Shown here: positions 57,312 to 64,000 of the stretch, piece after piece
Numbering within the stretch: the stretch's first letter is position 1
How the letters are laid out: the number at the start of each line of letters is the position of its first letter
Source: Candidatus Xenobia bacterium
GTDB lineage: Bacteria; Vulcanimicrobiota; Xenobia; Xenobiales; QWHO01
Assembly (NCBI GenBank): GCA_045863235.1
Contig: BTUM01000030.1
Coordinates: 1-64,000 of the forward strand
Reading direction: 5' to 3'
DNA length: 64,000 nt
Program-made: the position numbers and the translations under genes
Notes under the pieces: generated by a model
What the model was told of the DNA's origin: nothing
What the model saw: only the letters and a program-made list of their open reading frames with translations
Database searches by the model: none

Positions 57312-59245
57312 TGGTCGCCCCAGTAGAGCACCTTCATCTTGTCTCGCAGGTCGGCGAAGAGGCTGTCGTTGAGGCTGATGGTGAATTCTTCCACGGCCAC
57401 GGGGGGCGGGGGAGGCGGGGCCGAGCCCCAGGAGGCGGGTGGAGCATTGGCTGCAATGTAGGTGTTCATCTCCGCCAGGGGGAGGCTGCTCGCATACATC
57501 GATTGCAGGTTGGCGTTGATCCAGCTGCCCACCTTCGGAGCGGCCGAGGGAAGGGGCGGCGGGAGAATGATCCCGAGGAATAACTCGTTGTTCAGAGCGG
57601 TTTCTTCGTTAGCCGCCCAGTTTGATGCACCGTATGTGGCGACAACGTGGGACTTCAGCATTTGGGGGAGCGAGCCGCCTGCGGTGGGGTTCTGGAGGTC
57701 GCTGTAGGAAACCGGCGGACCGAAAGGACCACCGCCAACGGAAACCTCCCACTGCATGTCTGGAGCCAGTGTGGCACCATTGGGGGCCGCATAGGCTGGA
57801 GGCGGGCCCGGGGTGTAAAAGTAACCCGGAGGAGGGGGTGTCGGCATGGAGGGCCGCAAGCTGAACGACACATTCTGCCCGCCCTCGGTTGAATAGGTCA
57901 GTCCGGATGATGGCGTGCCCACCCACGCGGTTGGCTGGGTCGGGAAAGTCCCTCCCGTAGAACCGCCTCCGGATCCACCGGCGTTCTGTCCGACCTGAAT
58001 GGTGATCTCGGTAGCCTGCTTGCTGTATGCGATATCAACGTTGTTCAGGGCGACATTGCTTCCTCCGGGCGCATTGGCCACCGCTGCGCCCCCCAGGGTA
58101 ACCCAGTCGGCGGAAAGATCGCCTTCGGTGTAGATCAGCCCTTTGAACTGAGCTCCGTCAGCCTGATTTGCCTGCAACCTCAGTCCACCGCCGGAGAGCA
58201 CAGCCGCCATGTTGTCGCTGGCAAGAGATCCTCCGCCAAAGACTTCGACCTGTCCCGTGACGATGACCGCTCCAGTCCCTTTGATTCCGCCATTGACGGA
58301 GAGGTTCCCGTCCACATACAAAACCCCAGAGTCGAGTGTCAGACCTCCCGACACGAATAGATCTCCGCCACTTCGCGTCCAGTTGTTGACCACCAGGTTG
58401 CTCTGGTTTCCACTGACCGTCACCAGTCCGGCCTTGCTGGCCGGATCATAGTCGGTGAGGTTCAGCTTCGGGAGATAAGCTTTGTCGCTGTTTGGCAGAA
58501 TGGACCCGTCCACAATCACGGTGCTGGTGTCCCAATCGATCCCTCCGACTGCTCTGGCATCCCCGGTGATATGAATGTTCGGGCCCTGTAACTGCATTGC
58601 CTGGGTGGCATCTGTTGAGTTCGAAGCGATGTCTCCGGGTTGGATCTGGTCCGGTGGAACATTGGCCAGTCCACCTGAGGACAACAGGGAAAGGTCGTCA
58701 AGAGAGGCCACTTTCAGGCCGCCATTGCTGGTGATACGGCCCGAGGACGCGATCGAGTATGGAAACTTGGGGATCAGTAGAATTGCTTCTACCCGGCGCT
58801 CCACCCCGTTGCAGACCCCTCGGCCAATCACGTGAACTCCGTGGGCCGGCACTACGCGACCCAGGTCACCAATTTTCGATACATCCGCGCTGATGTTGTT
58901 GGTTGAATAGGGCACGGATAGTCCGGGGGCCTGTGTGGAGTCAAAGCAGACTGTACCCGACCCCGGGGCTTCGGTGGCCGCAATCGGCAGGTTCAGGGTG
59001 CCGTTGAAGTCCGGGTTGGAGGCTTCTCGGTCGCTGATGACGCGATCGATGGCCATGGCGACCACCGATTCAGCTCGATTGCGAGCCACTTCGGCATTGC
59101 TCAGCCGGCTGCTGACCGACAGGTGCGAGAAACTTACGCTGGCCACAGTAAAGGCAAGCGTCACGATGATTGTGATAACGACCAGGGTGTTGGCAAGTCC
59201 GACACCGGTGGGGTCTGAGCCCCGAGGTGGAAGCTTTCGTGCCAT
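57305..59245 (-). CDS. PilX-like minor pilin with large C-terminal domain
   Basis: G-VGLANTLVVITIIVTL N-terminus lacking Glu5; beta-helix-like GVLYVDGNL/GLIYTEGDL; Pro/Gly-rich tail. Confidence 0.75.
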   Translation of the reverse strand: MARKLPPRGSDPTGVGLANTLVVITIIVTLAFTVASVSFSHLSVSSRLSNAEVARNRAESVVAMAIDRVISDREASNPDFNGTLNLPIAATEAPGSGTVCFDSTQAPGLSVPYSTNNISADVSKIGDLGRVVPAHGVHVIGRGVCNGVERRVEAILLIPKFPYSIASSGRITSNGGLKVASLDDLSLLSSGGLANVPPDQIQPGDIASNSTDATQAMQLQGPNIHITGDARAVGGIDWDTSTVIVDGSILPNSDKAYLPKLNLTDYDPASKAGLVTVSGNQSNLVVNNWTRSGGDLFVSGGLTLDSGVLYVDGNLSVNGGIKGTGAVIVTGQVEVFGGGSLASDNMAAVLSGGGLRLQANQADGAQFKGLIYTEGDLSADWVTLGGAAVANAPGGSNVALNNVDIAYSKQATEITIQVGQNAGGSGGGSTGGTFPTQPTAWVGTPSSGLTYSTEGGQNVSFSLRPSMPTPPPPGYFYTPGPPPAYAAPNGATLAPDMQWEVSVGGGPFGPPVSYSDLQNPTAGGSLPQMLKSHVVATYGASNWAANEETALNNELFLGIILPPPLPSAAPKVGSWINANLQSMYASSLPLAEMNTYIAANAPPASWGSAPPPPPPVAVEEFTISLNDSLFADLRDKMKVLYWGDQW

Positions 59246-59389
59246 TTTTCCTCCCGATTGGCTGGAAAGGGCTCTCCCTTTCCGCTCACATACGCATCCC
59301 GTCTTGCCTCACCCAGAAGCAGTTTAGCAAAAGATTCCTGCACCGACCACGTTTGCCGCACCCTGCCCCGACAAACTTGTTGGAGACCC

Positions 59390-59439
59390 CCAGGAGCGCA
59401 GTCAAAACCCCTTGACACGGTTTTCCGGCTGCGCGACGC
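59390..59439 (+). repeat. ~50-bp intergenic motif, copy 1
   Basis: CCAGGAGCGCAG...CCCCTTGACACGGTTTTCCGGCTGCGCGACGC. Confidence 0.8.
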
Positions 59440-59454
59440 CCAAGTTGTGCCCTC

Positions 59455-59510
59455 AACAGATTGTGTAGCAGGCTGATGCCCTACACAACCTGTTTTGCAT
59501 CAGCCTGCTA
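59455..59510. promoter_or_regulatory. Two interleaved 14-bp inverted repeats in the leader
   Basis: 59455-59468 pairs with 59481-59494 (13/14); 59466-59479 pairs with 59497-59510 (14/14). Confidence 0.6.
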
Positions 59511-59597
59511 GCACTCCGGTTAAGAGTGTTTAACAATGGTTGCTGTCGAGCCGACAGGGTGTTAGACTGAGCTTAGTTCCACGGAGGTGCCCAAAGG

Positions 59598-60701
59598 ATG
59601 TTGAAACGTCTCTCGATTTTCGCCGGTCTGACTTTGCTCCTGGTCGCTCCCTCGGTCGCTGCCGTCAGCGACGAGAACGCGGGCACGGACGCCACCACAA
59701 CCCGGACCTTCCAGCGCAATACCGAAGCGCATTACGGTACGCAGACCGTGACGGGAGGCTACCAGGAATCCAATGATTTCTTGTATATGACCGACCATAT
59801 CAGCGATGGTCTGAGAATCCAGATCCAGAATGATCCCACGGTCGACTCACGGGTGAAGAACAATCTGGGCAGTTGGGTCGATCTGGGCGTGACGAACGTC
59901 GAGTGGGTCGTAGGCACTCCTGAGGGCTTGGACGCCGCCGGGAATCTCTACAACGACCTGACCAACATCTCGGGTAGGACCATCGTGAGTGTCAGTGTTG
60001 GTCCTTCGGTCAACCGTGGAACCCGTAATTATCTGCTGGAGAGCTTCAACACGACCGAGGTTGGTCCCGTGGTTGTGGGTGACCCGGACGGTCAGGTCTT
60101 TGGCGCCGACGGGCAGACGGTCCAGGTCACGAATAATTTTGAGGCCAATGTGACCTACTACGAGCGCAACTCCACCGTCTGCGTCAGCCCGCTGGTGCTC
60201 GACCTGGACGGCGACGGCAAGCTCGAGGCTTCCAACGGCCAGTGGCTGCCCCACCCGATGACGAAAGAGTCCACCGCTCGTCGGGCCGTGTTCGACTTCT
60301 ACGGCAACGGCTTCCCGGTCGAGCTGGAGTGGGTCGGCGCCAACGACGGGCTGCTGGTGATGCCCAAGGCCGACGGAAGCGTCGACGGCACCTGCCTGTT
60401 CGGTACCGCCACCGGCTTCGACAGCGGCTTCCACCAGTTGGCCACCCTGGACAAGAACGGCGACCTCAAGATTTCCGGCCAGGAGCTGGAGGGTCTGGCG
60501 GTGTGGCAGGACAAGAACGGCGACGCGATCGCCGTGGCGTCCGAAGTCACCCCGGTGCAGACGATGGGCATCAAGGAGATCGGACTGAAGCACACCAAGA
60601 TGGTCGGCTCGGTCACGGTCAACGGCAAGCAGATGAAGATGTGGGACTGGTGGCCGAACGGGTTCGACCTGAGAAAGCGTCAGGTGAACCAGCCGCGCTG
60701 A
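59598..60701 (+). CDS. Secreted protein with C-terminal Ca-binding (PLVLDLDGDG/DxNxD) domain
   Basis: GGAGG RBS, signal peptide, SPLVLDLDGDG, WVGANDGLLV, LDKNGD, WQDKNGD. Confidence 0.85.
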   Translation: MLKRLSIFAGLTLLLVAPSVAAVSDENAGTDATTTRTFQRNTEAHYGTQTVTGGYQESNDFLYMTDHISDGLRIQIQNDPTVDSRVKNNLGSWVDLGVTNVEWVVGTPEGLDAAGNLYNDLTNISGRTIVSVSVGPSVNRGTRNYLLESFNTTEVGPVVVGDPDGQVFGADGQTVQVTNNFEANVTYYERNSTVCVSPLVLDLDGDGKLEASNGQWLPHPMTKESTARRAVFDFYGNGFPVELEWVGANDGLLVMPKADGSVDGTCLFGTATGFDSGFHQLATLDKNGDLKISGQELEGLAVWQDKNGDAIAVASEVTPVQTMGIKEIGLKHTKMVGSVTVNGKQMKMWDWWPNGFDLRKRQVNQPR

Positions 60702-60731
60702 GTCGCGCGAGTTAAACTCGGTCCAGTCAGG

Positions 60732-60756
60732 GCCCGGCTTCACCGCCGGGCTTTTT
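60732..60756 (+). terminator. Intrinsic terminator
   Basis: GCCCGGC-ttcacc-GCCGGGC-TTTTT. Confidence 0.8.
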
Positions 60757-60969
60757 GCCTTCTGTAAGGCAGTGCTATAATGTTGCGGGTCGAGCGCGAG
60801 CGGCAGAGAGCGGAGTCTGCTGGTCGAGGAGCGCCGGCGTCGCGAGGCGGCGCAGGTTGCGCGAGTTCGGCATCAACCCCGTGGAGCTGTTAAGCGCTGG
60901 AAAGGGTGGCCCCTCGGGGGCAGAGAAGATCGCTCAGGGGAGAAGTGTGGTAGCAGGCGCGGCAAACTG

Positions 60970-62247
60970 ATGGGCAGACCCGACGAGTCGACCGTAAGGA
61001 CGGAGACCAGGGGGCGCCAGGGCCGGGAATGGGTTCGTACCGGCCTTGATTTTCTCATTGTCGACCCTGAGGGCAATGAGCGCCGCGTGCCCCTGAGCTT
61101 TGCCCAGATGAACATCGGCTCGCCCGGGGCCAAAGAGAACGACATCGTGCTCGAGGGCGAGGGCATCGCCAATCGTCAGGCCATTCTCCATTACCGCGAC
61201 GGCCAGGTCTTCTTTACCAACGTGAACAACGCGATGCCGGCCCTCCTGGCCGGAAATGCCACGACCTTCCGCCAACTCACCCCTCAGGACGAACTCGAGC
61301 TGGGAGGCTATCGGCTGCGAATCGTCGAGCTCCAAGATCAGGTTTCATTCATGGAGGGCTATACCGACCCTTATCGTGATCGCCAGTGGGGGCTGGGAAG
61401 CGAGCCTACCACCATCGGACGGGGGGGCACTCGGCGCAACCGAATCGAGCTCGAGGACCCGACCGTGTCACGCCAGCACGCAACCATCGAGAACGTTGGC
61501 GGGGCCTTCTATCTCCGGCCCGAGAGCAAGAGCGGCCCCACCTTCGTCAACGGCGAGTCCATCGAGGGACTGCGGGCCCTGGTAGACGGAGACCTGATCC
61601 AGCTCGGCCAGCAGGTGCTGCGCTTCCGTTCCTGTCGGGCCGCGGCTCGCACGCGGGCGCTCATCCCACGCGAGGCCACCATCTTGTTCTCGGACATCTG
61701 GAACTACTCCACCCTGGCCGAGGGGCGACCGCTGGAAGAGACCATCGCGCAGCTCAACGACTTCTACCGGGCCATGGGCAAGGTGATCCTGGCTCACGGC
61801 GGGGTCTTGATGACCTATCTCGGCGACGCCCTGATGGCCGTGTTCGGGGCCGAAGGCCCGGACGAGGAGGCTCCCCGCCAGGCCGTGAGTGCGGGTCTGG
61901 AGATGCACAAGGTGCTCGAAGAGCTCAACGCTCGCTACCAGGTTGAATCGGTGCCCCTGATGCGCATCGGGGTGGGCATCAATACCGGCGAGGTGATGGT
62001 GGGCGACGTGGGTTTCACCGGCTGTCGCGAGTTCGCAGCCGTGGGCGACGCCACCAATCTGGCCGCCAGGATCGAGAAGTTGACTCGCGAGTTCGACGTC
62101 CAGGTCGTCATCACGGAATGGACCGAGTTGGCCGTGCGGGGGCACTTTGTCACGCGCAGCCTGGGCAGCACTCAGGTCAAGGGCCGCCGGGCCCCGGTGG
62201 ACCTCTTCGAAGTGATCGGCCCGGCCGACCCCAACGGGGTTTCCTGA
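60970..62247 (+). CDS. Tandem FHA + class III nucleotide cyclase
   Basis: IGR...SRQH...VNG FHA; ILFSDI, GDALMA, GINTGEV, GDATNLAARIE. Confidence 0.92.
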   Translation: MGRPDESTVRTETRGRQGREWVRTGLDFLIVDPEGNERRVPLSFAQMNIGSPGAKENDIVLEGEGIANRQAILHYRDGQVFFTNVNNAMPALLAGNATTFRQLTPQDELELGGYRLRIVELQDQVSFMEGYTDPYRDRQWGLGSEPTTIGRGGTRRNRIELEDPTVSRQHATIENVGGAFYLRPESKSGPTFVNGESIEGLRALVDGDLIQLGQQVLRFRSCRAAARTRALIPREATILFSDIWNYSTLAEGRPLEETIAQLNDFYRAMGKVILAHGGVLMTYLGDALMAVFGAEGPDEEAPRQAVSAGLEMHKVLEELNARYQVESVPLMRIGVGINTGEVMVGDVGFTGCREFAAVGDATNLAARIEKLTREFDVQVVITEWTELAVRGHFVTRSLGSTQVKGRRAPVDLFEVIGPADPNGVS

Positions 62248-62289
62248 CGCTCTTTACAGCCCCCCTTCGGATGACTAAAATCAAGCGTT

Positions 62290-63042
62290 ATGCGTCAACG
62301 AGAACAACTCCGCTTTCTGTTGCTGGAAGCCCGCCTTGACCCCGAGATGCGTGAGCACGAGCGTTCGTGTCTTCTGTCCGCCGGGCACCTCAAGCCCGAG
62401 CAGGTCCAGATCCACAACGTCCTCGAGCACACGCCTCACGAAGGCCTTCTTGCCGACTATGACGCGGTGGTGATCGGAGGGACGGGGGACTTCGCCGTGT
62501 CCACCGACCGCCCCGATTGGTATCCGCCGCTGGAGGAGTTTACGCGCCTGCTGCTCAACCGTCAGGTCCCCAGCCTGGGCCTTTGCTACGGATTTCACCT
62601 CATGGCCGCGGCCATCGGCGGGCGGGTCGAGAAGCGGCCCGAGGACGGCGAGACGGGCACCCATGAGGTCGAGTTGACGCCCGAGGGGCAGGATGACGTT
62701 CTCTTTCACCAGATCCCCCCGCGCTTCGGGGCCCAGCAAGGTCACCACGACGTGGTGATGGAGGTGCCCGGCCCCTTCCTTCGGCTGGCCACCAGCCAGA
62801 AGTGCGCCTGGCAGGCCCTGCGCCATCCCACCCTGCCCTTCTACGGACTGCAGTTTCATCCTGAGCTCAGCCGGGAAGACTTCATGCTGCGCATGCGCAA
62901 GTACAGGCATGTCTACGCGGCCACGCCGGGGCTGTACGAGCGCATCGATGCCTCGGTCAAGGAAACGACCGTCCAGGGCGTGATCAAGAACTTCATCGAC
63001 AGCGTCGTGTTGGGAAAGCCCGCTCCGACCGCCGGGGCCTGA
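62290..63042 (+). CDS. Type 1 glutamine amidotransferase (GuaA-like, stand-alone)
   Basis: LGLCYGFH, QFHPE. Confidence 0.9.
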   Translation: MRQREQLRFLLLEARLDPEMREHERSCLLSAGHLKPEQVQIHNVLEHTPHEGLLADYDAVVIGGTGDFAVSTDRPDWYPPLEEFTRLLLNRQVPSLGLCYGFHLMAAAIGGRVEKRPEDGETGTHEVELTPEGQDDVLFHQIPPRFGAQQGHHDVVMEVPGPFLRLATSQKCAWQALRHPTLPFYGLQFHPELSREDFMLRMRKYRHVYAATPGLYERIDASVKETTVQGVIKNFIDSVVLGKPAPTAGA

Positions 63043-63120
63043 AGGACCTGGCCAGCCGGTGGCGCAAGTCCTTCAAGGTTCGAGAAACCCGATCCGGGGA
63101 GGATTTGATGAGACCACTGG

Positions 63121-63172
63121 CCAGGAGCGCAGCCACAACCCCCCTTGACACAGTTTTCCGGCCGCGCGACGC
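63121..63172 (+). repeat. ~50-bp intergenic motif, copy 2
   Basis: CCAGGAGCGCAG...CCCCTTGACACAGTTTTCCGGCCGCGCGACGC. Confidence 0.8.
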
Positions 63173-63191
63173 AGGTTCCCTCCGACACCTC

Positions 63192-64000
63192 ATGGGGGTT
63201 TGCGGCCGGACTTCTTTCCTGGTCCTGGTGTTGCTGCTGGGGCTGTCTGCCTGGGCGGCCCCCGATTGGGCCAGGGAGAAGAAGGCTGGCGACGAGGCCC
63301 TCAAGCGCAAGGACTACCCGACCGCCATCCGCATCTTCGAGCTGCTGACCCGCAGCTATCCCGAGAAAATCGATGGCTTCAACGCGCTGGGATTCGCCTA
63401 CTTCATGTCGGGCGAGCACGAGAAAGCGGTCTACACTTTCCGGCAGGCCCTCCAGCTCAACCCGGGCAACCCCTCCGCCCAGCACAACCTGATTCTGGCC
63501 GTCACCGAGCAGGCCAATCAGGATTGTCGCGACCTGCAATTCACCGAAGCCTACGGGCGGCTGCGGGCCATCCTGTCGAGCTATCCGAACCATCCGGAGG
63601 CTGCCAACGTCTACTTCCTGATGGGCAAGGTCCAGTTCTTGCGCGGCGACGAGGAGCAGGGCGTGTCCAACTGGCGCGAGGTTGCCCGCCGGGTGCCCGA
63701 GTCGGGTACCGCCCGTTTTCTCGCTGGCTACGATCAGGCTGCCAAAGGGGATCCATCGGCCGCCAGTCAGAGCTACCAGGTGGCTCTCAAGAAGCTGCCT
63801 CGGGAGAGCGTGTTCCGCAACTACTATGCCCTGACGCTGGCACAAGCCGGCAAGCTCGAGCCGGCCATGGCCCAGCTGAGAACGGCCCTGAAGGATGCGG
63901 GGGACTTGCCCTATGTCGATCTGCGAATGAATCTGACCCGCCTGCTCCTCCAGGCCGGTCAGTTCGATCAGGCCGTGGTGCAATTGCGCGAGGCCCTGGT
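63192..64000 (+). CDS. Exported TPR protein (partial, runs off the window end)
   Basis: MGVCGRTSFLVLVLLLGLSAWAAP...; FNALGFAY...FRQALQLNPGN TPRs. Confidence 0.85.
   Translation, partial: MGVCGRTSFLVLVLLLGLSAWAAPDWAREKKAGDEALKRKDYPTAIRIFELLTRSYPEKIDGFNALGFAYFMSGEHEKAVYTFRQALQLNPGNPSAQHNLILAVTEQANQDCRDLQFTEAYGRLRAILSSYPNHPEAANVYFLMGKVQFLRGDEEQGVSNWREVARRVPESGTARFLAGYDQAAKGDPSAASQSYQVALKKLPRESVFRNYYALTLAQAGKLEPAMAQLRTALKDAGDLPYVDLRMNLTRLLLQAGQFDQAVVQLREAL

Overview
GC-rich bacterial chromosome segment. Gene content and style suggest Candidatus Eremiobacterota/Vulcanimicrobiota, but that is inference and was not tested. (1) An ~11.7 kb integrated phage-like element sits at the 3' end of tRNA-Lys(CTT), bounded by an exact 45-bp direct repeat (2799-2843 / 14473-14517). 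It carries a tyrosine integrase, a DinG-family helicase, hicAB, a tail-fibre-like gene, a holin-like gene next to an L,D-transpeptidase-fold enzyme, and a metallophosphoesterase. No capsid, portal, terminase or CI-type repressor is recognisable, and a probable internal deletion scar lies near 8860. (2) Housekeeping genes: dacB, truD, ftsQ-DUF881-DUF1290, aspartokinase, dapA, aroA/E/K/B/Q, truB, a two-component system and a sigma70 factor. (3) A type IV pilus accessory cluster with a membrane Ser/Thr kinase and a nearby FHA-nucleotide cyclase. The most unusual unexplained signals are: a 9-unit, progressively shortening hairpin array directly downstream of an XRE-HTH + DUF559-like nuclease gene; an orphan promoter with 11-bp-phased repeats and a putative anti-SD sRNA between convergent genes; interleaved inverted repeats plus a duplicated ~50-bp motif in the pilus-region leaders; a stand-alone sigma70 region-1.1-like protein; and a lone BREX-like ATPase. 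All family assignments come from motif recognition by eye; no database searches were run.
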